DNA of 63,968 nt, counting the filler, from Licmophora abbreviata (taxonomy: Eukaryota): NCBI GenBank assembly GCA_900291995.1. It is 12 parts of 12 records of this genome, joined end to end, with 100 filler letters (N's around TTAATTAATTAA, not from the genome) between each part and the next. Parts side by side here need not be neighbours in the genome. Positions count along the whole stretch, not along the records: positions 1 to 11,022 come from OLMU01002077.1; positions 11,123 to 23,481 come from OLMU01002078.1; 10 more parts are not named here. One strand, 5' to 3'. The notes beneath the pieces are model-generated. The model did no database searches. It saw only the letters and a program-made list of their open reading frames with translations, and was not told the DNA's origin. Shown here piece by piece: positions 1-11,651 of this stretch. Both the position numbers and the translations under genes were made by a program. Within the stretch, counting starts at the first letter, position 1. Each line of letters begins with the position of its first letter.

Positions 1-416
1 TCGATTTCAGAACGTGCACACTTCGTGGGAGCAAAGACTCGAGATGCTCATCGCGTCATATTTCTTTTTCGACTCCGCGGTCGAGATGCTTCGATGGAAG
101 CTCACAGAGATACTTCAGTGACACATCATAGTGGATTCATTGATTGATTTTACAGTCTACGCCTACTATCTTTGGCTGGCAATACGAACGGAGCTACATG
201 GATCGACGACTGCAGACGACGAGTACATCAGAGACGGCATGATTCTTCCGCACCGCGAAGGATTCGTAATGGTGTGACTATAATAGTATAGTAGAGTTGG
301 ACGGCCCCTCCTACATAGTAAGTGTACAGTCAGTAATAATCAGGCGAGGTAATGTTCTTTTGGCATTTACAGTGTTCGTCCCTCCTCCTCATGCATCGCC
401 ATGGCCACAATGCTAG

Positions 417-2240
417 CTACCACTCTAGTTCATAACCATCTTCGACTTCGCTCGCATCCACGTCAAAGTCATGGACGCAGACATATTCAGACATTCCGTC
501 TGTGATGAGCATGTCGTCATTCAAACATAGGCTTGATATAGCGTCCGTAAAGCCATCCATGCGGAACATTTCTTTCCCCGTTGTTGGATTCCAAGCTCGT
601 ACCGTACCGTCGGTACCAGCCGACAGAAACTTGGACGGATCAATAGACGCCAATGCCGTGATCGGTCCTTTGGGGTGGCCTCAAACAAGTGAGCGCGTCG
701 CTGCATCCGTTGTGTCGCTAAGCGGGGCCAATGTTCGAGCTTGAGAGTCGGCTCTGGTGATGACGATGATGCTTCGGTTCGACGAGACAGTATCTCCCTA
801 TTGAACCGAAGAGCGCAGCGGGATTAGAGTGCAAGGCTGCCCACTAGCCATGATCACATCTATCTACAGAAGGTCAACAGAGACGTACCATTGTTTGGCG
901 ACACCATCCTCCCCACCAGTTAGTAAAACAGAACTAGATGTCCCAGGTCTTGACCGGTTCAATGAACCGTCTCCAGGTGTGGCCTGAATCGCCGTCACGG
1001 CTCCCTCGTGGGCCCGAAACCGTCCATTTGGAGCTGGACATATTTGGTCACCAGAACTTGCACACTGTACCATGTCTTGTACAAGAAAAGCGACTACGTA
1101 CCCAGTGGCCGTGCCCAAGTACAGAATGGACCGTTCCGGGTCGACGTCGGCGCACAGGACGGATTGCGGTTCCCCTTTTTCCATCATACGACAATGGAAT
1201 ATCAGATCTCCTGTCGCCATTTCCCATAAGGCGATTGTCCCGTCGGTGCTAGCAGAAAATAAAAGATGGGGATCGTCCTCTGGATGTAAACTCAGTACAT
1301 TGAGAGACACAACAGTATCAGTATGCACCTCCACCAGCGACCGCAAGGGAATCACTTTGTCAGTCTCGTCTTCGGGCAATCCCCAAACGCGAATCTCCCC
1401 ACTACCCTTGGCAGCGGTAAAGAGTAGTCGTTGATGATCATCCTGCTCATATTCAACCTCAGACATGGCCGAAATTTCCTGTTCATGTGCTTGAAACTGG
1501 CGAAGCACCTGAAAGGGTCCCGACGACATGGCGGCTTGCGATGCAGCATCGTCGTCATTCATGAACTCACTACTTTCGGACCGAACTAATTCACTCTCAA
1601 CCCTGATGGTATCATCTTGCTCCTTGGCGGTAAGCGTTGACGTAAACTTGGTCAAATACTCATTGCCATGCTGTACGAGGCATACGCTTCCGTCGGTTCT
1701 TCCCACCACAACCGAGTCTGTACCCGCGTGTGTCAGTTTACAAACATGAATCAGTGAAGACTTTGCTCCCTCTTTTGTAGAAGACTCTCCGATCGTATCT
1801 TCCATTCCTTCCTTCTTGGCATCCCATTTGTCCAACGAAAAGCCTCGCACCTTCCAGTTACCCGTAGACCAATTCCGCGACAGCTGCGAATCCTTACGGA
1901 TCAGTTCCTCTTTGACCTCTCGAATGCGTTCTTGCAGTTGCGATGGTGGTTTCTCAACCGAACCGGGCGTTGACGAATCATCGCCAATGGTAAAATCAAA
2001 ATCATCAAACAAGACTTCCTCTTTGTCGTTCGCGTCGCCGTCATTGCTGTCACTATTTTGTTTCGAAAGCAGCCACGACCATGGCGATCGCCCAGCATGC
2101 CAATTTTGGAAGCCTCGAGTCTTCAGATCTCTAGGAAAATTGAATTTCGGGGAATAATGCAATAGAAAGGCTTCGCTGCTCCAATGCATGAAGCAGAAAC
2201 ACGCCCAGGGGGCAATAAACGACGACGGTATTATCCTCAT
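417..2240 (-). CDS. WD40-repeat protein with probable plastid-targeting presequence (exons 2240-889, 797-417; apparent 1-nt frameshift at ~680)
   Basis: Repeated WD40 motifs (FQAHEQEI, LFSASTDGTIALWE, FRAHEGAVTAI, LLTGGEDGVAKQW, FLSAGTDGTVRAWN). GT-AG intron at 888-798. N-terminus MRIIPSS...SSEA|F fits a signal peptide plus Phe. Confidence 0.8.
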
Positions 2241-2614
2241 GGTAATGATGTCGCAGCAGTCAAATCCAAAGTGAGAACAATTCTTTCTTACCCGGTACGT
2301 ACGTAGGAATCGGTACAATGTCTACGTAGATATTTTGGAATGTGCTTCTTTTCATGGGAGACCCGGAAGTTGCTCACTCTACGCGCGTGGTCGGAGGTCT
2401 TTCGATCTTTAGGTCTCTCGTCATCTCGACGTCATCCACATCGGCGCCGGCGCAGATCAAAAAGATGTGATCCAACATAGCCCTATTCTTAAAAACAGCG
2501 ACACAAATCTCATATCAGAACTTCTTCGCCCATGCGTTAGGCGTTGAGCCGTAAAAACTCCTCTTGTGTTTTCTCCTTTATAGTTCCGAGCTGCTCCATA
2601 TTGCTTTTATTCGA

Positions 2615-4630
2615 ATGAGAATGAATCCTGGCGATCGGAATGATGCGATGGCTGATGCAAGGTTTGAGAAGCGAGCAGCAGCATCGTCCTCGCGGATGAG
2701 CAAGCAGCAGCATGGGCGTCGTGCTGATGGACACACCGGCGGAAGCAGCCGCACCATCAGCAGCAGCAATTATCGTCGCACACCTCAAATTACTGAGAAC
2801 AAAGCAGCTCACCATGGTCATCGCCACCACCGCCATCAACTGCATGACTCGTATGACATCAGGGCAGCGTCGGTCGCTGCCGGACAAGCTCTGCCTCAGT
2901 CAACTGTGTCACATTATTATGCACAACAACAGGCTGCCGCGTCGGCTTTAGCACAACACCAGCATCCCTGGCTTCTTTCGAAGCATGATCGACAACATCA
3001 AGAACAGCAGCAGCAGCTGCACAATCCTATATTCGCGGGTCTGACTACGGGGGGCATTGCAAATGTTATTCTGAAACGCGCCGACCTGGAGAAGGCCGGC
3101 CTACGCCGCAATTGGGCAACTGCTGCGCGGACACCCGAAGTTGTGGACCTTTCCGATGCGGCGACTCTTGAGGTAGGGAAAGATCAATCGCGAGTCGCGT
3201 CATCGACGCGCTCCGGACCCGCGATTGAGGCGGAATTTAATGTACGGCAGGCAGCGCTTCGCGAATTTCAGAATATCAGATACGAACAACAGAAGGGCCG
3301 GAAACTAGAGTATCGACTGTTCAGCGACAGTCAGTGGGAGCCCACGAGAAGTACAAGGCCTGCTTCTATGAAAGGAAAAAGCCGTTCTCGTCAGGACGGT
3401 CAACACAACTCCCTCCAAAAAGGCAAGACGAAGGAAGATTCTAAACGGACGGGCGCAGCGACCTCCCAACCTGCGTCTCATGGGACAATAAAAGACTTGA
3501 TCGCTGCGAGCAACGCGGAACAGAGTCTCCGCAATGCTTCTACTACACAGGCGAGGACGACTGAAAACTCAAGTACATTACCGGCTCAAGATTCCGAGCC
3601 CGCGCCAGCTTCCAAGACGGTTCCAATCTTTCTGTGTGACGTGTGCGGTAAAAAGTTCCGTGACTACGACCAAGCCTGCGTTCATGAAGATCAATGCCGG
3701 AAAGAAATGGAGGCAGCGTCGGCGTCTCCCCAAAAAGGTCAGGCGACCATATTTTCCTGTGACGTTTGTGGGGAAGAGTTTCGTGAATTCAAGGCAGCCT
3801 GGACTCATGAACAAATGTGCCTTGCCGAAAGGAAAGATACGACGGGGAAGTCGTCTCCTTCCAAGATGGTAGTGGCACGCTCCCAAGACGGAAAGGGCGA
3901 GGCGGAAGTGAAAGTTGTCGACGGGGATGACTCTACCTTTGGGGGGCCAAGAACAAACAGTCAGCAACCGTCTCCCCAAACGGAGAGGCGTAAGCAACAA
4001 GCTCCACTCGTACCACCTCAGCGTACACAACAAGGTCCACTTGGACTGCATCCGAAACGAAACATCGAACCCCTCTCTTCGCCACCTCCGAAGAAGCGTC
4101 GGCATACTGCCAAGGCACCACCTCCGCTTCAAGCTGCCGGGATTGAACTGGCTGGTCCGATCGTCCGAAAGGCATTCTCAAGGGCGAGGTCAAACGCCTC
4201 GCAAGTGCAACACGTTGACAACGAAATCGCCAAGATTTATGACCTGGGCGGCTCCCGAAACACTTCCAACGGCATCTCCCTGTCTTCGGAGCAGGTGAAG
4301 CAGTTGTCGGAACGAATTGTAGAGGAGCGATCTAGCTGCGTCCACGAAGCAGTGCGAATTGCTTACAAGGAGCTGAAGTCTCGCCACGAAGAGATTCTTC
4401 GAACGGGTGATTCGGCTCGTAAATCCTCAGCACCGGACCCAGCTGGATCCGACGACAAGAAAAGGTACGAGCGGAAAGTCGAGCAGATTGAGAAGGAGTG
4501 CAAGGCGAAGGTCAAGGATCTTGAGGACGAACTAGCAAACAAGAAACGTGGTCATGAGCGGGCCCTAAAGGCCTTCATGAAGGCAAGCCTTCACTCATTG
4601 CGGGCAGTGCGTCGTAAGCCGAATGAATAA
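2615..4630 (+). CDS. Low-complexity nuclear protein with two C2HC/C2H2-like zinc-finger motifs and a C-terminal coiled coil
   Basis: Long intronless ORF with CDVCGKKFRDYDQACVHEDQC and CDVCGEEFREFKAAWTHEQMC, plus an NLS-like PPPKKRR. Start codon uncertain. Confidence 0.7.
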   Translation: MRMNPGDRNDAMADARFEKRAAASSSRMSKQQHGRRADGHTGGSSRTISSSNYRRTPQITENKAAHHGHRHHRHQLHDSYDIRAASVAAGQALPQSTVSHYYAQQQAAASALAQHQHPWLLSKHDRQHQEQQQQLHNPIFAGLTTGGIANVILKRADLEKAGLRRNWATAARTPEVVDLSDAATLEVGKDQSRVASSTRSGPAIEAEFNVRQAALREFQNIRYEQQKGRKLEYRLFSDSQWEPTRSTRPASMKGKSRSRQDGQHNSLQKGKTKEDSKRTGAATSQPASHGTIKDLIAASNAEQSLRNASTTQARTTENSSTLPAQDSEPAPASKTVPIFLCDVCGKKFRDYDQACVHEDQCRKEMEAASASPQKGQATIFSCDVCGEEFREFKAAWTHEQMCLAERKDTTGKSSPSKMVVARSQDGKGEAEVKVVDGDDSTFGGPRTNSQQPSPQTERRKQQAPLVPPQRTQQGPLGLHPKRNIEPLSSPPPKKRRHTAKAPPPLQAAGIELAGPIVRKAFSRARSNASQVQHVDNEIAKIYDLGGSRNTSNGISLSSEQVKQLSERIVEERSSCVHEAVRIAYKELKSRHEEILRTGDSARKSSAPDPAGSDDKKRYERKVEQIEKECKAKVKDLEDELANKKRGHERALKAFMKASLHSLRAVRRKPNE

Positions 4631-4652
4631 GTTGATGAATGCTTCAGTTAGC

Positions 4653-5650
4653 TTAGAACCCATAGTCATCGTCAGACTCGTCGTCACCCTCCCCGTCGTT
4701 TGGAGCTGCTACTGCAACGGCGGCGACGGGTCCTTGTTGCTGTTGCCGAGAGCCTCGAGTTCGCTTACGAGGACCAACATTGTCTTCCGCATAGCGTTTC
4801 GTAAGGTCCGTCAAAGACAGCCCTGCTTCCTGATGCAATGCAACGAGCTCATCGTATTCGACTCCTTCATCAGCTTCCTCGTCCACGTCATCATCGTCGG
4901 GTACGGATGCGGCGGCAGCTCCCGCAGATGCCTCTGCCGCGGGTAGAGCAACGGCACGTTTCTGACAATCAAACGGAATTGAGTCTTTGCCAGACATCAA
5001 CGTCAGATTACCGCTTAGTTCAAACGGCCCCGAAAGGTCCGTGCCTTTCCCAAATACGCTACAGGATGTCGTTCGCGCGGGTAACGCAGCCGATTTTGAG
5101 GGCATCTTCCCGTCGTCCACATCAGCCGCTGGCAACTTTCCGTCAGGTTCCTCTTCGCCGTACCTACCTTTCGTTCCAGTGGATGAGGGTGGATTTGCAC
5201 TGTCATTCAGGCCTATTGCAATATCAGATGATAAACGTGATGTCAGAGTCAGCTCGATCAGCATGGAGTAGCTTCCCATGTCCCCTCCATGGAAATGGTC
5301 CGCATGCGTGACGGTGCTTGTGTAGAATCCGGCGTTACAGCTGTAGGCCGTTCCAAATCCCAATGAATCGGCTTCTGGCTATGAAAGTCAAATTCCTCCG
5401 CCAGCACATGCCCCTTGTACGACAGCTTCTGGTTGTCTTTGTTGTACGACAGAGTCCCTTTCATCCAAACGAAATTATCATCCTCCTCGTCATCGTCGAG
5501 AAAGCCTTGTTCGTCGTTGAGAACCTCGTCGTCGTCGTCGTCTTCATCTCCAGGTTGAAACTCAGCCTCTTCGTCCTCATCTGCATCGTCGCCCTGTACC
5601 GTAACCAGGTACTCAGCCATGATACGATCGCGCTCTTCCTGAGAAGCCAT
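4653..5650 (-). CDS. Acidic protein of unknown function (two ORFs joined across an apparent 1-nt frameshift at ~5265)
   Basis: MASQEERDRIMAEY...EGTWEATP continues as MLIELTLTSR...DDDYGF if one C is restored (ACT CC- ATG). Asp/Glu-rich ends. Confidence 0.6.
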
Positions 5651-5728
5651 AGTGTAGTGTAGGAGCGACGAGGTGTAGCGTAGAATCGAGGTCAATCATG
5701 AACACAACCGAGTCTCGCCTATCGAGTG

Positions 5729-5770
5729 TTTTTTGTTTTTGGTTTTTGGTTTTTGTTTTTTGGTTTTTGG
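5729..5770. repeat. Degenerate (T5-6G1-2)n simple repeat in a divergent promoter region
   Basis: ttttttgtttttggtttttggtttttgttttttggtttttgg read directly. Confidence 0.8.
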
Positions 5771-5946
5771 TGTGTTGGAATGTCGGCAATTTGAACGCGA
5801 ATTGTATACCAGAAGTACGTAGAAAAAGGAACCTTCGCGGAGGGACGAATCTCGCATTTCTCATCGCGCGAGTCGGCTGGATGCGCGCCGCCCGATTTCG
5901 AGATTCCTTTTCGTTCTCGAGGCGCCGCCGCCGGCGGTACCCCAAC

Positions 5947-6864
5947 ATGACGACGACGAGAGAGCCGCCGATGACCCCGCCGCTGGCGTTTCGGGCTTTT
6001 CTGTCTTTTGTCCTTACCTGCGTACTCCTTGTCTCTGCTGTGACAGTACACGCCAAAGACGCCACAAAGACGTGTGAATCTGCTCCAAATATGTCGTTTT
6101 CTAGACCAAAATTCCTGTTGCTGGGAGATTCCTTGACGCAGCTCGCTTGGGACGGGTGGGCGGGACAGCTTGCCGATGCCTACCAGCGACGCGTCGATGT
6201 CGTGAATCGCGGCATGTCGGGATACAACACCGACTGGTATCTGCGGTATCTGGAACAGAATCGCGACGATGTTCTGCAAGAGAATGTACAGCTCGTCGTA
6301 CTCTTTTTCGGCGCCAACGATGCAAGCGACGCGACTCACAACCCACACCATCACGTGCCCGTGGAACAGTACAAGACGAATCTAGGATCGCTGATCACGA
6401 ATTGCCGCGAAAAATACGGCAAGGACATTGCCATCGTTGTCTTGACTCCTCCTCCGGTGCAGCATGAGCAGCGTCTTGACTTTCAAAAACAAAGGTATCC
6501 GGGATCCGCAACCGGAGTGCTGGAACGGAACCTGGAGCTGTCCGGGCTGTATGCTGTTGCGGCGGAGCAGGTTGCTTCTACGGAGAAGCTTCCCTGTGTC
6601 AATCTTTGGGGAAGGATGCAGCAAGAGACCGACTGGGCTCGCTTCTTTTACGATGGACTGCACTTCACGAAAGAGGGCAACGCGTTCGTCTCTCAGGCGC
6701 TGCTAGAGACGATTAATGCACATTACCCGCACCTGCACGTGACTCCGGATCCCATTACTAAACAGTGGTGTAATTCGGCATCAATGTGTCCTAGTCTACC
6801 GCAAAGTGGGCCATATCACGACGAAATCGATCACAAGAACCCAAGCTTGGCCTTTCAAGACTAA
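5947..6864 (+). CDS. IAH1: SGNH/GDSL hydrolase, isoamyl-acetate-hydrolysing esterase 1-like, with N-terminal signal peptide
   Basis: Blocks GDSLTQ, NRGMSGYNT, FFGANDA and DGLHF. Hydrophobic leader ending VHA|K. Start at 5947 or 5971. Confidence 0.88.
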   Translation: MTTTREPPMTPPLAFRAFLSFVLTCVLLVSAVTVHAKDATKTCESAPNMSFSRPKFLLLGDSLTQLAWDGWAGQLADAYQRRVDVVNRGMSGYNTDWYLRYLEQNRDDVLQENVQLVVLFFGANDASDATHNPHHHVPVEQYKTNLGSLITNCREKYGKDIAIVVLTPPPVQHEQRLDFQKQRYPGSATGVLERNLELSGLYAVAAEQVASTEKLPCVNLWGRMQQETDWARFFYDGLHFTKEGNAFVSQALLETINAHYPHLHVTPDPITKQWCNSASMCPSLPQSGPYHDEIDHKNPSLAFQD

Positions 6865-7131
6865 TCGTAATCCTTTAGCCAGAACCAACTAGAATCTACT
6901 ACTTAGAATCTATCTGTGCGATACAGAAAGACGTGTTAAGTCGGTTTTGTCACTTACACAAAGATACATTGTCACAATATCTCTCTGCCGGACTATCAAT
7001 GATAGTAGAGAGATTGGTATTTTTCCCATGCATACGTCATCATGAGAGGACGCAGAGGCTGATACATAATGCTACTGTAAGAACAGCGAAGGATGCAGCC
7101 AGACAGCAACGCCAATGAAGAATCTTGACTC

Positions 7132-8485
7132 TTACACGATCACCGCACCATCTGGAGCTTCTGTATAGTCCATTCCCGTGTTTTCGATTCTGCGAGGCGG
7201 TCGGGCTGCTGTAGCTGATGATTCTCCAGCAAGTGTTCCGAACAACTTCATTCTGCGCTCCAGACTTCCTGCGAGAGGATGCGATGCTTCCACCACACGT
7301 CTCTGTTGAGAAATGAAAAAGGAGGGTTAAGTTTGCATTTTTAGTGAAATGCTATAAAGTATAACAAGACAAAAGACATCACAACGAACTTACGCGTCGA
7401 AGGGCCATGGCACCAATCGCTGCGCCCGCTACAACTGCGGCTGCGACCAACATTACCATGCCCATTGTTCGGGCAGAGTTACCACTACTGGTGGCGGCTC
7501 TCGACGCGCTACTTCCACCACTGCCGCTAGTTGCACTGCTTGCCGAACTGGTTCCCCCGCTTCCTGCATTGCATGAAAGAAAGACAAAGTGAATCATGTC
7601 AGATAAGAATCATTCTTGTCACGATATTCGAAAGCGGTGTTGTCACCGCTGGGAGTTGCATGCCCATGCACTCACCACTGCCACTACTTCCGCCGCCTGT
7701 AATAAAAAAGATAGAACATGGTGTTAGCATCGTCTGCCTGCGTCTGAATCACTACTCAGCGCACACGAAGTGTAGCTATCCGAATACGTTCTGGTCACCG
7801 TCTCCATGATCGTCATGCACAACACTCACCACTGCCGCTACCGCTGCTGCTTCCCCCGCTGCTGCTTCCTCCACTACTGCTCCCCCCACTGCTGCTTCCC
7901 CCACTGCGCTTCCACCACTACCACTGCTTCCACCACTGCTTCCACCACTGCTTCCACCACTACCACTGCCGCCACCACTACCACTGCTTCCACCACTACT
8001 ACTGCCGCCACCACTACCACTGCTGGATCCTCCTGACACACAATGAAGCAAACACAGAGTGTTAGAAGTCTACAAGACTGAATCTATATCAAACAGGGTG
8101 ATGCTCTCTATTCCGCCACACAACACTCGTCTTCTTTGGAGAGAAAGAGTAGCAATGATTCGATTCTTCCCAAGCGCACGACCGCATCGATACTCCGCGT
8201 TGCGCCTGTTTCAAACTACAATATTTACTTACCACTGCCGCCGCCGTTGGGAGGAGGCTTCGGAAGCGTATATTGAACAGCTACGTTAAGGACAAGAAGA
8301 GAGAGAGAGGCATCATGAGACTCATAATCGCCAATGGTGCCGTTCGCCAGGAATTCCAGGACTGGCTTTTTCATTTGAAACTCACTTTGAAGCTTTCGCT
8401 TCTCTGTCAATTCCGAACTGTCCGCTGCGGTCATTGCTACGGCCACAAAGATTGCCCAGAGGGCCAACAGTCGAGAGGAGATCAT
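7132..8485 (-). CDS. SAP-like type-I membrane protein A, Gly/Ser-rich (exons 8485-8386, 8280-8233, 8032-7830, 7696-7676, 7563-7394, 7302-7132; 1-nt frameshift at ~7908)
   Basis: All five introns are GT-AG with compatible phases. Signal peptide MISSRLLALWAIFVAVAMTAA, RKL motif, poly-G/S, TM MGMVMLVAAAVVAGAAIGAMAL, tail RRRRVVEASHPLAGSLERRMKLF...MDYTEAPDGAVIV. Confidence 0.75.
7830..8032 (-). repeat. Coding Gly/Ser repeat array (GGSSS/GSG units)
   Basis: Tandem ccactgctt / ccactacca / ccgctgctgctt units on the plus strand. Confidence 0.85.
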
Positions 8486-9126
8486 GGTTTGCTATTCTAA
8501 GATTGCTTTCGAGAGTAAGCTTGGGAGCTGTGAGAGAGCCTGCCTCCTTGATGTGCTTTCAGCGACAGGAACACGTGACTTGCCGGGGTCCGTCTTGTCA
8601 CAGCGGTGCATTCAATTTCTATGCCCACTTTTTGAGAATGCAACTCAACGCGCGCGTAATCCCCTAAATGGCGAAGTCCTTGTATAAATGGATTAATAAT
8701 TCAAACTGGGTCAAAATTTTATTCGGTAATTCACTAATGTAGGTTACATTAACATAGATTTTGCGAAGTAAATTGGCTAACTTTATCGTACGGGATTCTT
8801 TACCACATTCATCGTAGCCTTACGGGACTAACTTGGGCAGAGGGCCAGACCTATTGAGGTTCAAACGACTTGAATACTTCATAAATTTGGCGATTCTACG
8901 CTCACAAAATCAAGGCACAAAACATACAATCTCAACGCATCAAACGTTGGTTGTACCGCGTGCTCTACTGCTTGAACGGATTGGAAATAGATAACATAGT
9001 CTGCAGAGACGAATTTGATATTTCAGACTCGCTTCATTGGAGTTGATGAGCTCATGAACAAGTCGGCGACAAGATCACACATTTCATTTGAAACCCACTC
9101 CATTCAACAGACATCAATCCTTAGCC

Positions 9127-10171
9127 ATGTTGATTCCACGCCTGCTTTCCCTCGTCGTTGCTTTCATCTCGGCTACCTCCCTTGCGGCGGCCGATGAGTC
9201 TTCCTTCTTCCTGCGTCGTTCAGATTACGACTCCGAGTTTGATCGCACTGACCGTAGACTCATTGCTTGGAGTTGGAGTAACCCATGGTCCAGTTTGCTT
9301 TGTAAGTTTCGCCTGTGTCACACCTGACGAGTACCAAAGCGCGCAACATTCCGCCTCTTACACTTTTCATCCGCATGTACCTTGCAGATGCTGTACATGC
9401 ATGTCCTTTACTTGGGCCGATTTGCCCAAATCCGGAAGGCCTGTGCGCGGACTGGTGTCACGACCGCCGACCTCCGCCTCACTGGCACTGTCAAAACACT
9501 TGTTACGATGAAGATGATTCTTCTACGGCTGATACAACTGCCTCCGATTCAGGTACGACGGACTCAAGTACCTCAGATTCAAGTACATCGGACACAAGCA
9601 CAACAGACTCAAGTACGTCGGACTCAAGTACATCGGACTCAACTGCTTCAGATTCAACTGCTTCGGATTCAACTGTCTCGGCTGCAGCCGCCGAGGATTC
9701 ATCTACGTCGGACTCAACTACCAGTGAAACTGACATGGATCAAACCTATGATGCGGAGGATACTGCTGATGAGGACAGCGAAGGCTTAGAGAACGCCAAT
9801 GTGACAAGGGCTTCAAGCGTCTTTGATCCATGGATGTTTATTGCTGCAGCAGCAGCCGTGTCGATTGTAGTTGGTGCGATTGGAATTCGACAGAGAGTAA
9901 GTGGTTCTCCATGAGAGTATGCACATGTGGACTTGTTGTTATGGGGACAGTAGTAGCATGGCTAACTGTGCACTGTTGTTGTGTTCTGCAGAACGTTGAG
10001 GACCCAGCGGCGCACGAGCTGAATGGTAGTGTCTCGAAGCGAGTGGGACTGATGTCGAGTGGGAGCGAAGTTCCTCCTCTCGAATCTTCTTCCCCACCAA
10101 CGACCTTCGTTGATGTGCCTACTGATGGGGATACGGATTACATCCAGATGGCTCGAAACGGGTGGGACTGA
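9127..10171 (+). CDS. SAP-like type-I membrane protein B, Asp/Ser/Thr-rich (exons 9127-9301, 9388-9896, 9992-10171)
   Basis: Signal peptide MLIPRLLSLVVAFISATSLAAA, RRL motif, Cys/His/Pro mini-domain, DSSTS repeats, TM WMFIAAAAAVSIVVGAIGI, tail HELNGSVSKRVGLM...TDYIQM. Introns are GT-AG and in phase. Confidence 0.8.
9515..9725 (+). repeat. Coding 15-bp tandem repeat (D-S-S/T-T/A-S pentapeptide, about 12 copies)
   Basis: gactcaagtacatcg-like units translating to DSSTSDSSTSDTSTTDSSTSDSSTSDSTASDSTAS. Confidence 0.85.
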
Positions 10172-10617
10172 TCATGTCGAGTGGGGGCGAAGTAAGTTCT
10201 GCTTCTTGACTCTTCGCCTCCAAGGATCTTCGTTGATGTCCCGGGTCATGCGGACTTTGCTCAAGTGTCACTAAAGATTACTACTAAAATAGAGTGTGTA
10301 AAGCGTGAGCTCGAACGAGGTTATCCCCATCGCTTCACCCTTGTCCCGGAGCGCGCAGACAGATGGCATGACTTTCTGTGTGGTCCCGCGCGCGATCTAT
10401 TTGTGGTCCCCGCGCGTCGCGCAACACTCCTCGCGACCTCAGTCTTTTCACCACACATCATGGCACATGATCGTCTCTGCTGCCAGCAACAATTCACTCG
10501 TGGTCCGCGTGTACGCCCTTGGTATCTTCCGTTGGCGTTTTCTCCTCACTCTCATTCGTCGTCAGAGATCTAGGATTGTTTTTGAAATTTCACACACAAG
10601 CAGAGAAGAACACAGAG

Positions 10618-10989
10618 ATGGAAGGAGTTCAGCAATTGCCTGCTCACCAGCAGCAAGAGTTCATGAAAAATCTCGAACAGATGCAGTTGAAGGATAGTTT
10701 GACGTGAGTCTCCTTTGAATCAATAGGAGCCTGACTCTTGTATCGCTTATGATGACTCACAGTAATCCCATCCTCTCGGTGTTACAGAATGTACAATAAC
10801 TTGACCGAACGTTGCTTTGATGCATGTGTGTACGGATTTCGATCCAAGACGATGGACAAGAAGGAGACTTCATGTGTGGAACATTGTGCCGCTCGATACA
10901 TCAAAATGACTCAAAGAGTCGGACTGCGCTTTGCGGAGCATCAGGCTATGCAACAGAAACGGGCTGCCGATGCCGCGTCGCGCAACTAA
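10618..10989 (+). CDS. TIM9: Mitochondrial small Tim chaperone Tim9 (exons 10618-10703, 10788-10989)
   Basis: Twin CX3C motif (ERCFDAC...TSCVEHC), QLKDSLTMYNNLTERCF and MTQRVGLRFAE. GT-AG intron at 10704-10787. Confidence 0.9.
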
Positions 10990-11022
10990 GAGTAAGAAAT
11001 GAAGTGTTTTCTTTTGCTATTC

Positions 11023-11122
11023 NNNNNNNNNNNNNNNNNNNNNNNNNNNNNNNNNNNNNNNNNNNNTTAATTAATTAANNNNNNNNNNNNNNNNNNNNNN
11101 NNNNNNNNNNNNNNNNNNNNNN
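11023..11122. other. Artificial scaffold linker N44-TTAATTAATTAA-N44 (first of 11)
   Basis: Identical 100-nt linkers at 11023, 23482, 25753, 33563, 37513, 41712, 45081, 49931, 55845, 57352 and 62855. The core places stop codons in all six frames. Confidence 0.97.
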
Positions 11123-11651
11123 GCGCAACTAAGAGTAAGAAATGAAGTGTTTTCTTTTGCTATTCACATTTTTAATGGCGTGAGACAGGAGACTATTGTA
11201 GGAACTGAAGCGCTACTGAAATGAATGTACTTGTTCTTGCTTAGCTCTAAAGTATTGTACATCAGGATGGCAGGATGGCCTGTTGGTGGTCGGTGACACC
11301 GTGCGTTGCTCGCTGTGAACGTACGCTCGGGCGAGCACCTTACGTACACTACTTTTCAAACCACACCCCATTGTGATTTCTTTATGGCTTCCTTCACCAT
11401 CTCGTCCTCTGTCGCATGGGCAACAGAGGAATTGACAAGTGTGTAAGTGCTATGATGAATGTTCGAGTTTTCGTTTCAACTCCGCATTTCGAATTGTATA
11501 TTGAAGATACGGCCATGAGTACCGAAGTATGTTTCATTCTTGTGGAAAATTTGACAATCGCGTCACACCGCCCACCATAAGAACGCGAGATCGAAGCCAC
11601 AGGTGTGACAACGACAAAGTGTCATCCTTGCATTCCATTCCTACGTTTAAA

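Noticed and set aside
9515..9725. Regularly spaced repeats that could suggest a CRISPR array
   Set aside because: 15-bp coding units with synonymous variation, no unique spacers and no cas genes, in a eukaryotic context.
11067..11078. Recurrent palindrome TTAATTAATTAA (11 copies)
   Set aside because: Always centred in exactly 44+44 Ns. It is an assembly linker with six-frame stops, not biology.
10980..11165. Direct repeats flanking gaps (43 bp here; 19 bp at 33544/33663; 32 bp at 57320/57452) resembling target-site duplications
   Set aside because: These are unmerged contig-end overlaps. Reading frames continue when they are collapsed.
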